From NCBI GenBank assembly GCA_000990355.1, contig LBSX01000004.1:1757-65756 (forward strand): a DNA stretch of 64,000 nucleotides, written 5' to 3'. Position numbers and translations under genes: made by a program. Positions within the stretch are counted from its first letter, which is position 1. Each line of letters opens with the position of its first letter. This DNA is from Candidatus Magasanikbacteria bacterium GW2011_GWC2_37_14 (GTDB lineage: Bacteria > Patescibacteriota > Patescibacteriia > Magasanikbacterales > UBA922). The notes under the pieces were generated by a model. It saw nothing but the letters and a program-made list of their open reading frames with translations, made no database searches and was not told where the DNA came from. Positions 1 through 9,416 of the stretch are shown piece by piece.

Positions 1-312
1 ATTGCCCACAACGAAGCGATAAATCATTTAAAAAAATATCATCGCGAAGTAATGTCCTTGGATGAAGGCGAGTGGGAAGTAGTAGATAGTAAAATTAATT
101 ATGGTGAAAAAATTGATTCACAAATTTTAAGAGAAAAAATTGGTAAATATTTATTACAAATAAAAGAAAAATATCGCACCCCGTTGGTTCTGTATTTTTT
201 TGAAGAAAAAAGTTATGAAGAAATTAGTGACATTTTGCGAGTACCAGTGAGTACTGTAGGAGTACTAATTATGCGGGGTAAAAAAATGCTAAAAAATTTA
301 ATAAACAATTAA
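1..312 (+). CDS. ECF-type RNA polymerase sigma factor, C-terminal part (5' truncated by window edge)
   Basis: Frame 1 is open from position 1. Sigma-70 region 4 HTH (YEEISDILRVPVSTVGVLIMRGKKMLKN). Confidence 0.6.
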   Translation: MAHNEAINHLKKYHREVMSLDEGEWEVVDSKINYGEKIDSQILREKIGKYLLQIKEKYRTPLVLYFFEEKSYEEISDILRVPVSTVGVLIMRGKKMLKNLINN

Positions 313-337
313 TTACTCGTCGTGAGTTTAACAAACT

Positions 338-1132
338 ATGGAAAATAATAATTTGGAAAATGTAGAAAAAAAAGTAATGTCGGAAATTAAAACTGGCCGG
401 ATAAAATTAAAATCTAAATATCTTTTTTTAGTAGAAAAACTTGGTTTAAGTAGCATTTTGGTTTTCTCTATTTTTTTGGCAGTATTGTTTTTTAGTTTAT
501 TTTTTTATTATTTAAAAACTACCGATAATTTGTGGTATTTAAGTTTTGGTAGTCGGGGTTTCTTTGCTTTTTTGGAATCTTTTCCCTATTTATTGATAGC
601 GTTGTTTATAATTTTAATTTTAATTGCCGGTTTAGTTATTAAAACCAAGGGGTGGCTTTATAAAAAGCCTTTTTCGCAAGTAGGTTTAATTTTATTGGGT
701 GTTATTGTTTTATTAGGTGTTGTTTTGTCGCTTACTAATGTTTGGGAATTTGCCGAAAGAAGAAGTTTTGGGCCAGGAGGTAGTCATTTTTTTCGACCAT
801 TTTTTGAACCGGGATTAGGTATACGTGGCAGTGGTATTGCTGGTTTGGTTGTTATGGTAGATGATAAAACTATCAGTATTCAAACTCCGCATGGCGAGGT
901 AAAATTGGATTTAAGCATGGCTATAGATAAACCGGAAAATATTTTACCAGGTAATTTTGTAATGGCAATTGGTGAAAGAAATGGCGACCTGTTTGTAGTA
1001 GAAAGAATTCGGATAGTAGAAGAAGGAACAATGCCCATGATTAGAAGGGGAGTAGAACGAAGATTTAATAGTGAACGTTTGCCTGTAAATTTTAGAGAAG
1101 ATTGTGGTCATCTTGATTGTTTTTTAAAATAA
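338..1132 (+). CDS. membrane protein downstream of sigma factor (possible anti-sigma factor)
   Basis: Several hydrophobic helices. Anti-sigma role is inferred only from its position right after the sigma gene. Confidence 0.3.
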   Translation: MENNNLENVEKKVMSEIKTGRIKLKSKYLFLVEKLGLSSILVFSIFLAVLFFSLFFYYLKTTDNLWYLSFGSRGFFAFLESFPYLLIALFIILILIAGLVIKTKGWLYKKPFSQVGLILLGVIVLLGVVLSLTNVWEFAERRSFGPGGSHFFRPFFEPGLGIRGSGIAGLVVMVDDKTISIQTPHGEVKLDLSMAIDKPENILPGNFVMAIGERNGDLFVVERIRIVEEGTMPMIRRGVERRFNSERLPVNFREDCGHLDCFLK

Positions 1133-1138
1133 TTTTTT

Positions 1139-3004
1139 ATGAAGAAAATTTTTGATTACATAAAACTTCACAAAATGTATTCTGTAATTATTTTAGTGAT
1201 TTTGTTTTTAGTTGTTTATTTTGCTTGGGGGAAAATTTTTTCAACCACAGCCGTGGTACGTTATGTTACTGCTCAAGCAGAAAAAGGCACTCTACTTTCT
1301 TCAATTACCGGCACGGGCCAGGTTTCTACTTTAAATCAATTAAATATTAAACCACTGGCCTCGGGAATTGTAAAAAGTGTAAATGTAAAAGCTGGGGATA
1401 TTGTTAAAGCCAATCAAATTTTGTTAACTCTAGATCAAAGTAAAGCTTATTTTACACTCTCGCAAGCTCAATCGGCAGTGGCAAGTGCCCAAGCCAATTA
1501 TAATGCTTTAATGAATGTTCCGCAAAAAGATTTGAATACTTTTTTGAATGCGGTAAAAAGTGCGGAATTGGATTTGGCCAAGACTAAAAATGATTCTAAT
1601 TCTAGTATTATTGTTGCAGAAAATACCGTGGTTACTGCCCAACAAAATTTAAAATTAGCAGTTGGAGGAGAAAATAGCGATATTGTTAATTCTGCTTACC
1701 AAGATGCTGTTTTTTATTTAAATAATTTATCAGTTAAATTACATGATACGCTTAATGAAGTTGACAGTATTTTGGGTATTGATAACCCTTTAATTAATGA
1801 TAGTTTTGAACAAATTTTATCAACTTTGGATGAAAGTAAATTAACAATTGCTAATCGAGATTATTATCCAGCTAAAGATACTACTATAATTGTGCAAAAA
1901 ACGGCCAATAGTCTGACTATTAATAGCAGTCATAGCGAGGTAGATCAAACTTTGGTTTTAGCAGGAGATGCTTTGCAAAAAATGTCTGATTTACTAACTA
2001 CTATGACTGACATGCTAAATGCTACTCCAGCTGTGGGAAATTTAACGCAAACAGAATTAGATAGTTTAAAAAGTAGTATTTCCAGTGCTCGCACTACCAT
2101 CAATAGCCAATATACAAGTTTACTTAGTCAAAAAGAGAGTTTAACAGATGCAAAAAATAGCTATACAAATTATCAGATTGCTTACGACAAAGCGGTACGA
2201 GATTTAGCTACTGCTAAATTGAATGCCGAAGTGAGTATTAATACCAAAGAAGTAGCTTTACAAACGGCTAAAGATAATTTAAATGAAAAACAAAATCCTA
2301 GTGAAGATGACATCAGAATCACGCAAACCAAATTAGCTTCGGCGCAAAATCAATTGGCTAGTGCTGTGGAAGATTACAATAATATGATTATTCGCGCGCC
2401 ATTTGAAGGAGAAGTGGCCGAGATTTCGGTTTTAAGAGGCGATCAAATTGGTGAATCAACTTCGGTAGCCACATTAATTACCGAACAAAAAATTGTCGAG
2501 ATTCCTTTAAATGAAGTGGATATTGCCAAAATAAAATTGGGACAAAAAGCCAGTTTAAATTTTGATGCATTTTCTGATTTAACTATTACTGGTCAGGTGA
2601 TTGAAATTGATACTTTGAGCACTGTTAGCCAGGGGGTGGTTAGTTACAATATTAAGATTGCTTTTGATGTACAAGATGAAAGAGTTAAACCTGGTATGAG
2701 TGTAAGTGCTAGCATTATTTTAAGTAGTAAACCAGATGTTTTGTTGGTACCTACTGGAGCAGTTAAAACTCAAAATGGCGCTAATTATGTAGAAGTATTA
2801 GTAAATAATTTACCAGTGCAAAAAAACGTAGAAATTGGTGAAGAAGGCGACACCATGACCGAAATTTTGAGTGGTTTAACCGAAGGTGAAGAGATAATTA
2901 CCCAAAAAATAACTACTTCGGCTACAACTGTTAGTGCAGGTACTCCTGCTTTTGGTGGTGGCAATAGTGCTTTAAGAACTTTGGGCGGTGGCGGTGGAAG
3001 ATAA
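1139..3004 (+). CDS. HlyD/MacA-family periplasmic adaptor subunit of ABC efflux system
   Basis: N-terminal TM, long coiled-coil, HlyD-type motif IRAPFEGEVAEISVLRGDQIGE, Gly-rich tail. Confidence 0.7.
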   Translation: MKKIFDYIKLHKMYSVIILVILFLVVYFAWGKIFSTTAVVRYVTAQAEKGTLLSSITGTGQVSTLNQLNIKPLASGIVKSVNVKAGDIVKANQILLTLDQSKAYFTLSQAQSAVASAQANYNALMNVPQKDLNTFLNAVKSAELDLAKTKNDSNSSIIVAENTVVTAQQNLKLAVGGENSDIVNSAYQDAVFYLNNLSVKLHDTLNEVDSILGIDNPLINDSFEQILSTLDESKLTIANRDYYPAKDTTIIVQKTANSLTINSSHSEVDQTLVLAGDALQKMSDLLTTMTDMLNATPAVGNLTQTELDSLKSSISSARTTINSQYTSLLSQKESLTDAKNSYTNYQIAYDKAVRDLATAKLNAEVSINTKEVALQTAKDNLNEKQNPSEDDIRITQTKLASAQNQLASAVEDYNNMIIRAPFEGEVAEISVLRGDQIGESTSVATLITEQKIVEIPLNEVDIAKIKLGQKASLNFDAFSDLTITGQVIEIDTLSTVSQGVVSYNIKIAFDVQDERVKPGMSVSASIILSSKPDVLLVPTGAVKTQNGANYVEVLVNNLPVQKNVEIGEEGDTMTEILSGLTEGEEIITQKITTSATTVSAGTPAFGGGNSALRTLGGGGGR

Positions 3005-3019
3005 ACAGGAGGATATTAT

Positions 3020-3703
3020 ATGATTAAATGTATTGATATTACAAAAATTTATAACACTGGAGGCAGTGAAGTGCCTGTACTCAAGAATGTTAATTTTGAA
3101 ATAAATAAAGGTGAATTTGTGGCAATTGTGGGTCCTTCGGGATCGGGCAAATCTACCTTAATGCATATTTTGGGGGCATTGGATAGGCCGACTAGTGGTA
3201 AATATTTTTTGGATAACAAAGATGTTTCTTCTTTAACCGACGAAGAGTTAGCTCAAATTCGTTCGCAAAAAATTGGTTTTGTTTTTCAATCTTTTAATCT
3301 TTTACCACGTTCATCGGTCCTGCGTAATGTTTCATTGCCTTTTATATATGATAAAAAAGTTTCTAGAAATGAACGTCAGGCAAAAGCAGAAAAAGCTTTA
3401 TTAGCTGTTGGTTTAGAAAAAGATCGTTGGCAACATTTATCCAACCAATTGTCTGGTGGCCAAATGCAACGTGTGGCAATTGCTCGGGCACTGGTCAATG
3501 ATCCCGATATTATTTTGGCCGACGAGCCGACGGGTAATTTGGATTCCAAAACCGGTGAAATTGTTTTGGAAACTTTTCGTAAAATTAATCAAGAAAAAGG
3601 ACATACTATTATTTTGATTACTCATGATAAAAGAGTAGCCAGTTTTGCCAGGCGAACAATTGAAATAAAAGATGGTTTAATTGTGGCTGATTTTAAAAAT
3701 TAA
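3020..3703 (+). CDS. ABC transporter ATP-binding protein (MacB/LolD-like)
   Basis: Walker [13 protein letters not shown] signature [15 protein letters not shown], Walker [12 protein letters not shown]. Confidence 0.9.
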   Translation: MIKCIDITKIYNTGGSEVPVLKNVNFEINKGEFVAIVGPSGSGKSTLMHILGALDRPTSGKYFLDNKDVSSLTDEELAQIRSQKIGFVFQSFNLLPRSSVLRNVSLPFIYDKKVSRNERQAKAEKALLAVGLEKDRWQHLSNQLSGGQMQRVAIARALVNDPDIILADEPTGNLDSKTGEIVLETFRKINQEKGHTIILITHDKRVASFARRTIEIKDGLIVADFKN

Positions 3704-4931
3704 TTATATGCAAGCTCCCGATTTATTTGAAGAAACCTTTTTTTCTTTATCGGCCAACAAATCACGGTCGATTTTAACAATTTTGGGAATTGTAATTGGT
3801 ATTGCTTCGGTAATTACCATGATTTCCGTTGGTCAAGGAGCCGCGCAAGATATTACTGGTCGTATTGAATCACTAGGTACTAATCTTTTAGTAATAAGTC
3901 CTGGTTCAGGACAGCAAGCCGGTACAATTGTACGTGGTGGCGCAGGTTCGGCGGAAACTTTAAAAATTTCCGATGCCGAAGCAATTAGAGCCAGTGTCCC
4001 CGAAGCAGAATTAGTAGCCCCGGTAGTAAATTCTCGTAAACAAGTAATCGCCAAAGGACAAAATACCAATACTAGTATTTATGGAATTGAGACTAATTAT
4101 TTTACAATTAAAGCTATTGTTGTAGAAAATGGTTCAGCATTTACTGATCGACAAAATACTTCTCGCGCCAAGGTGGCAGTTTTGGGTCCAACTGCGAATA
4201 CTGATTTATTTGGCGAGGGTTTTAATTCCGTAGGACAAAAAATAAAAATCAACAATCAAGAATTTACGGTGATTGGTATAACGCAAGCCAAAGGCGGAAC
4301 TGGTTTTGGCAATGCTGATGATTTAATTTATATTCCACTTAACACTGCCTTACAATACATTTCTGGTAGTGATTCTTTGAGTAGTATTAATGTTCAAGTG
4401 AGTGAAGCTGAACTAATGACTGTGGCTCAAGCGGAAATTCAAGATTTGTTATTGCAAAGACATCGAATAAATGATCCGGCTAATGCTGATTTTAGTATTG
4501 TTAGTCAAGCAGATCTATTAAGTTCTTTATCCTCGGTTAGTGATACTTTAACCATGCTACTTGGAGCAATTGGGGGAATTTCTTTAATCGTCGGTGGTAT
4601 TGGGATTATGAATATGATGTTGACTACAGTTACCGAACGTACTCGAGAAATTGGATTGCGAAAATCTTTGGGTGCTACCAAAAATGATATTAGCTGGCAG
4701 TTTTTGGCTGAATCGGTAGCGCTAACTTTTATTGGTGGAATAATTGGTATTATGATTGGTTATTTGGCATCTTTGGCAGTAACCAAATTTAGTGGTATTA
4801 ATACAAATATTACCATGTCTTCGGTTTTGATTGCCGTGGGTGTATCTGGTTTAATTGGCATTTTGTTTGGTTACTATCCGGCTCGCCGGGCTGCCAAAAT
4901 GGATCCAATTGAAGCTTTACGTTATCAATAA
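3681..4931 (+). CDS. ABC transporter permease, FtsX/MacB family
   Basis: MacB-type periplasmic domain followed by C-terminal four-TM FtsX-like region. Overlaps the ATPase gene. Confidence 0.8.
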   Translation: MWLILKINYMQAPDLFEETFFSLSANKSRSILTILGIVIGIASVITMISVGQGAAQDITGRIESLGTNLLVISPGSGQQAGTIVRGGAGSAETLKISDAEAIRASVPEAELVAPVVNSRKQVIAKGQNTNTSIYGIETNYFTIKAIVVENGSAFTDRQNTSRAKVAVLGPTANTDLFGEGFNSVGQKIKINNQEFTVIGITQAKGGTGFGNADDLIYIPLNTALQYISGSDSLSSINVQVSEAELMTVAQAEIQDLLLQRHRINDPANADFSIVSQADLLSSLSSVSDTLTMLLGAIGGISLIVGGIGIMNMMLTTVTERTREIGLRKSLGATKNDISWQFLAESVALTFIGGIIGIMIGYLASLAVTKFSGINTNITMSSVLIAVGVSGLIGILFGYYPARRAAKMDPIEALRYQ

Positions 4932-4934
4932 CAT

Positions 4935-4964
4935 AAAACCTCCCCAAGTGGGAGGTTTTATGTT
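4935..4964 (+). terminator. intrinsic terminator after efflux operon
   Basis: Hairpin aaaacctccc-caagt-gggaggtttt followed by a T-run. Confidence 0.55.
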
Positions 4965-4975
4965 AAAATAGTTTC

Positions 4976-7228
4976 ATGGCGTTAAATACCTCACTCGTAC
5001 AATTAAATACTTTTAGTAAGAGTTTGAGTGCCAAATTAAAAAAAATTGGACTTTTTTCAGTACAAAATTTACTATTTTATTTGCCTTTTCGTTATGAAGA
5101 CTATAGTAAAGTTTTAACAATTGCTAATTTAACCCCAGGAGAACAAGTAACCATTAAAGCGCAAATTAGTGCGATTGCGGTAAAACGTGGTTGGAAATAT
5201 AGTAAAATGTTTACTGAAGCCATTGCCGAAGATGAAACTGGAAAAATAAAATTAATGTGGTTTGGCCAACCCTTTATTGCCAAAGTTTTAAAAATGGGTG
5301 ATGTGGCTTATTTTTCGGGAATTGTGAAAGATGGTAAATTGGGTTTGAATATGGTGAACCCAGTTTATGAAAAAGATACCCCCCCTAGCCCCCCCTTATT
5401 AAGGGGGGGGAAACAGAACGACACCCTTGTTAAAGTGGGAAATCGGATACATACTGCTAGAATTGTGCCAATTTATCATACAACCGAAAAATTAACGCAA
5501 AAACAATTACGTTATTTAATTAGCCAAGTTATTGGTTTGGCAACAGAAATCAAAGAATGGCTGCCTGAAGAATTTTTGGAAAGTGCAGATTTAGTACCAT
5601 TAAGTGAAGCGATTCGGGGAATTCATTTTCCCGAAGATGAAACTGATTTAGTACAAGCGCAAAAACGTTTAAAGTTTGGGGAAATTTTTATTTTACAATT
5701 GCGAGCGGAAATGATTCGCCAGTCTTTAAAAAGAGCTAATGCGCCAATTATTAGTTTTCAAGAAAAAGCAGTAAAAGAATTTGTAGCTAAATTGCCATTT
5801 GAACTTACCGCACCACAAAAAGTAGCTAGTTGGGAAATATTAAAAGACTTAAACAAAAACGAACCAATGAATCGTTTGTTGGAAGGGGATGTGGGCAGTG
5901 GTAAAACTGTAGTAGCGGGTTTGGCACTTTACAATACAGTTTTAAATGGTTATCAGGGAGTGATTATGGCACCGACGGAGATTTTGGCAAGGCAACATTT
6001 TGAATCTTTAAAACAAATTTTGGGTGATAATGTTAGTTTGGCGTTATTAACACGTTCTCAATTTACAGTTTACAATTTACAATTTACAAAAAATTTCCAA
6101 TTTTCAAATGACAAATTAAGTAAACAAAAAATTGTTGAGTTAATCAAAAATGGGGAAATTGATGTGGTAGTTGGTACTCATTCATTGCTCTCAGATGATG
6201 TACAATTTAAACATTTGGGTTTGGCAGTGGTAGATGAACAACATCGTTTTGGTGTGGAACAACGTAAAATTTTGCGTGAAAAAGCTGGTGGTGGGCGACT
6301 TAACCCACATTTTTTATCAATGACCGCTACGCCAATTCCGCGTTCGTTCGCACTCCTGCTTTATGGTGATTTGGATTTATCAATTATTAATCAATTACCA
6401 GTTGGTCGCAAACCAATTAAAACCCGGGTAGTAGAACCTTATAATCGGCAGAAAGCTTATGAATTTATTAAAGAACAAGTAAAACTAGGCAGGCAAGTGT
6501 TTGTAATTTGTCCGCTAATTGAATCATCTGTCATCCCGACCGAGTCTCGCGACGAGTGGAGCCTGCCTGCCGGCGAGGCAGGGGATCCCTCGACTTCGCT
6601 TCGCTACGCTCGGGATGACAAAAGTGACGAGAAAAAAACAGTAATGAGTGAATATAAAAAACTTTCCGAAGAAATTTTTCCAGATTTAAAAGTTGCTTAT
6701 TTACATGGAAAATTGCCCGCCCGAGGCGGGTCCGCCTTGGGCGGAAAGCCATCAAAAGAATCCGTCATGGAAGCTTTTAGAAATGGGGAAACAAATATTT
6801 TGGTTTCTACTTCGGTAATTGAAGTAGGAGTAAATATTCCCAATGCGAGTGTAATGATGATTGAAGGAGCCGAAAGATTTGGTTTGGCACAATTACATCA
6901 GTTTCGCGGTCGGGTAGGCCGGGCCGAGCATCAATCATATTGTTTACTATTTTCTAATACAGAAAACGAGAAAGCCTTAGCACGTTTAGAATTTTTTCAA
7001 AATAATATTGATGGTTTTAAGGTAGCAGAATATGATTTGGAAACTAGGGGACCGGGTGAAGTGTATGGTACGGCGCAATCTGGTTTGGGTAATTTTAAAT
7101 TAGCGACTTTAAAAGATATTAAATTAATAAAACTAGCGCGGGATTTGGTAAGAGATATAGATTTTAACCAGTACCCGATTTTTAAAGAAAAAGTAAAAGA
7201 ATGGGAAAAAGGAGTGCATTTGGAGTAA
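4976..7228 (+). CDS. recG: ATP-dependent DNA helicase RecG (carrying in-frame palindromic-element insertions)
   Basis: Wedge domain, GDVGSGKTVVA, DEQHRFGV, helicase C motifs QLHQFRGRVGRA. Extra Pro/Gly-rich segments correspond to the repeat insertions. Confidence 0.9.
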   Translation: MALNTSLVQLNTFSKSLSAKLKKIGLFSVQNLLFYLPFRYEDYSKVLTIANLTPGEQVTIKAQISAIAVKRGWKYSKMFTEAIAEDETGKIKLMWFGQPFIAKVLKMGDVAYFSGIVKDGKLGLNMVNPVYEKDTPPSPPLLRGGKQNDTLVKVGNRIHTARIVPIYHTTEKLTQKQLRYLISQVIGLATEIKEWLPEEFLESADLVPLSEAIRGIHFPEDETDLVQAQKRLKFGEIFILQLRAEMIRQSLKRANAPIISFQEKAVKEFVAKLPFELTAPQKVASWEILKDLNKNEPMNRLLEGDVGSGKTVVAGLALYNTVLNGYQGVIMAPTEILARQHFESLKQILGDNVSLALLTRSQFTVYNLQFTKNFQFSNDKLSKQKIVELIKNGEIDVVVGTHSLLSDDVQFKHLGLAVVDEQHRFGVEQRKILREKAGGGRLNPHFLSMTATPIPRSFALLLYGDLDLSIINQLPVGRKPIKTRVVEPYNRQKAYEFIKEQVKLGRQVFVICPLIESSVIPTESRDEWSLPAGEAGDPSTSLRYARDDKSDEKKTVMSEYKKLSEEIFPDLKVAYLHGKLPARGGSALGGKPSKESVMEAFRNGETNILVSTSVIEVGVNIPNASVMMIEGAERFGLAQLHQFRGRVGRAEHQSYCLLFSNTENEKALARLEFFQNNIDGFKVAEYDLETRGPGEVYGTAQSGLGNFKLATLKDIKLIKLARDLVRDIDFNQYPIFKEKVKEWEKGVHLE

Positions 7229-7233
7229 ATGAT

Positions 7234-7360
7234 TTTCCCCCTTAACAAAGGGGGACCTGCCTACCGGCAGGCAGGTTAAGGGGGTTGTTGGCGAATATCC
7301 CCCCCGCCTGCCATGCCTGGCACTGGCGGGCAGGCCTAGCCCCCCTTTACCAAGGGGGGT
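7234..7360. repeat. array of C-run/loop/G-run mini-hairpins (family 2) plus a CCTGCCTNCCGGCAGGCAGG hairpin
   Basis: tcccccTTAACAAAGggggac is identical to the module inside ugd. ggggttgttggcgaatatccccc is the reverse complement of a module at 56467-56490. Confidence 0.7.
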
Positions 7361-7374
7361 AAATTGACAAGGTC

Positions 7375-7403
7375 TTGACAAAAGTCGTTATTTGTGCCAT
7401 AAT
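7375..7403 (+). promoter_or_regulatory. sigma-70-like promoter of rnpB
   Basis: TTGACA (7375-7380), 17-nt spacer, extended -10 TGcCATAAT (7395-7403). Confidence 0.55.
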
Positions 7404-7409
7404 ATTTAG

Positions 7410-7750
7410 GTGATTTTCAATTTAGGATCCAACCATAAAGTTGGTGTTGTCGCGAAAGTGACAGGATTGAAATCACTATCTTTCCACTGTGCTGGAGGAG
7501 AAACCCCATGAGGTGTAAGGAAGCGCGAGCCGCAGGTGGTGTCCCCGCGGGTCAAACTCCGGGGAAGAAGCCGAGGAGCAAGTTTTCCTATCGTAGCCTC
7601 CGCGTCCGCGTGGAGACTGTTGGGGTGGCCGACCTCAGTGAGATGTCGGAACACCGCCCGGCGTGCTGTACGACGGATGAAGACCACGTCCTTCTGCAAA
7701 TGGGGTTCAACCCCAGTGAGATGCCGGGTCGCAAAGATCCTTCGTAAAGC
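7410..7750 (+). ncRNA. rnpB: RNase P RNA, bacterial type A-like
   Basis: GC-rich (~57%) island with no credible ORF. GGAGGAgAAA + AACCCCAU (7494-7509) can pair with AUGGGGUU (7700-7707), as in P4. AAACUCC...GGAGCAAG (7554-7582). CAGUGAG (7636-7642) and GGAUGAAGAC (7675-7684) match the E. coli M1 P15-P18 region. P1-like AGGAUC/GAUCCU pairs the two ends. Boundaries are approximate. Confidence 0.65.
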
Positions 7751-7898
7751 CCTCCTTTGTCCGGCCAGTTCTTGGCCGAAGTTCTTTCTTACCTCCCCCC
7801 AAACGAGCTTGGTGGGGCTCTTCAGACCGCCAACTCGCTTCCTCTATAATTTCAGTTCGAGATTACTGGTGAAGCGAGCGGCCTGAAGTTTGTAAATT

Positions 7899-7931
7899 AA
7901 AAACATCCACCTCTTCGGCGGATGTTTTTTT
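7899..7931. terminator. bidirectional intrinsic terminator (rnpB transcript / minus-strand gene 7938-9398)
   Basis: Hairpin aaacatccacc-tcttc-ggcggatgttt followed by seven T's on the plus strand. Confidence 0.6.
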
Positions 7932-7937
7932 GTAAAA

Positions 7938-9398
7938 TTATTCTGGTAAAATTTTAGTATTTGAAGGACATTGATTTTTATCAACAGTCACATATAAATT
8001 TGTAACACCCAAGCCCATTACTGTGGCCGCAGTTCCAAAAGTGTAATCTCTTGGCGCACCACGAAATACTTTTTTCCCACCAAGACCGTACTTGGTGCCT
8101 GCGGGAAAGGTGGTATCTGGCCAAGTGTTTGGGTCACATTTAAATATATCGAGTGCTTGTTCCAAACCACCACTACCATTGGCATTACCAAAGTAGATCA
8201 TTAGAATTTTAATTTCGTCTGGGGCATTTTTACATTTGCTTTCAATTAATTTTAAATGGTACTTGATCATATTTACACCAATAGCAGTATTCACAGCAGG
8301 ATTTTTTATGGTAAGTGTATCACACAGACTTTCATTAAGTTTCATTTGTTTTAAATTTTCTTTGCAATATTCTGGTAATGTTTGAAAAAGTCCAGTATAG
8401 CCTATTTTGTTTACGATGTCGGCGTTTAAACCAGATTCTCTGTGCGAAATTCCTTTTAAAACTCTCCAATCTATTCCTATACAATTTGCAAAAGATTGGA
8501 ATACGCTATCGTATTGAGTAGAAGAAATAGGTTGGGCTTTCCAGTAGCCAACACTGTGTCCTTCCAAAATTAATTTGCTTAAATCAGCCCCAGTTACATA
8601 CGCCACTCTTAAATTTTTAAATTCCACCAAATTTGGATTGATACGATAAAGTAGGGAATAAGAACCAACTGCCAAAAGTATGCCAATGATTGCTTCACCA
8701 ATGCGTTTTTTGGAATGACTAATTTTTTCGGCTTCGCCAGCCGACATTACCCAGCCTAAGCCGGCACCAATAATCATCACAATGGAAATAACGGCCATAA
8801 CCGCGATAGCATATTTGTAAATGGCAGCAATGTATTCACCTAAAAAAGGAATATACATGTAAGTACTACCATTTTCTTCAACAGTTTTTATCTCACTAAA
8901 ATTTACTCCAGGAATACTAACACGGGGAGTGGGTTTAATAGTTTTTACTTCATCCAAAAGTTTTATAGTAGCAGGAGTAGCATCGGAGTTAACCAAATAA
9001 TCCCAAAAACTTTGGTCTTTAATAGGTAAAGGAAATTTTGAATTAGTGGCGTTTCTTTTATCTATACAATAGTCCAAGTCCCAGGTCATGTCTTCTCCAT
9101 CGTGGCATTTCCAGTCTTCGGGGACTCCACCAAATTCATCAGAGCAGGTTTTACTGGTTCCTGGATTAAAAGGAACCCACTCGCCATATACTTCTCCACA
9201 GTCACAGAAGGCCAGGGTTTTTCCATTTTCTTCTTTGTTACTGTTTTCACAATCATCGCTTTTGCATTCAGAATTATTATTACAAGGTTGACCAAAAGCT
9301 TTGGTACCAACGGCAAAAGTAAGACTGGGGAATAGACAGAAAATTAAAATAATAATAGACAAAGATTTTTTCATAGATTTTCTTCTGGATCCCCGCAT
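7938..9398 (-). CDS. secreted/membrane protein with Cys-rich N-terminal domain and C-terminal lytic transglycosylase (SLT/GH23-like) domain
   Basis: Signal peptide, TM helices, SLT-like catalytic motif HRESGLN...GYTGLFQ. Confidence 0.5.
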   Translation of the reverse strand: MRGSRRKSMKKSLSIIILIFCLFPSLTFAVGTKAFGQPCNNNSECKSDDCENSNKEENGKTLAFCDCGEVYGEWVPFNPGTSKTCSDEFGGVPEDWKCHDGEDMTWDLDYCIDKRNATNSKFPLPIKDQSFWDYLVNSDATPATIKLLDEVKTIKPTPRVSIPGVNFSEIKTVEENGSTYMYIPFLGEYIAAIYKYAIAVMAVISIVMIIGAGLGWVMSAGEAEKISHSKKRIGEAIIGILLAVGSYSLLYRINPNLVEFKNLRVAYVTGADLSKLILEGHSVGYWKAQPISSTQYDSVFQSFANCIGIDWRVLKGISHRESGLNADIVNKIGYTGLFQTLPEYCKENLKQMKLNESLCDTLTIKNPAVNTAIGVNMIKYHLKLIESKCKNAPDEIKILMIYFGNANGSGGLEQALDIFKCDPNTWPDTTFPAGTKYGLGGKKVFRGAPRDYTFGTAATVMGLGVTNLYVTVDKNQCPSNTKILPE

Positions 9399-9416
9399 TC
9401 GCGAGGATGACAGGGG

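Noticed and set aside
7702-7714. GGGGTTCAACCCC resembled a tRNA T-arm.
   Set aside because: It lies inside rnpB (P4 3' strand region). There are no acceptor or anticodon arms and no CCA context. I found no tRNA anywhere in the window.
7406-7886. Three overlapping ORFs (7406-7699 minus, 7508-7747 plus, 7536-7886 plus) in the GC-rich island.
   Set aside because: They overlap the RNase P RNA. They are open only because of the high GC. There is no codon periodicity and no RBS, and they overlap each other in different frames.
7410-7931. I considered tmRNA or SRP RNA for this structured region.
   Set aside because: There is no tRNA-like 3' end with T-arm and CCA, no tag-peptide ORF ending in AA-stop, and no SRP domain IV GGAA/AGCA motif. 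RNase P motifs fit instead.
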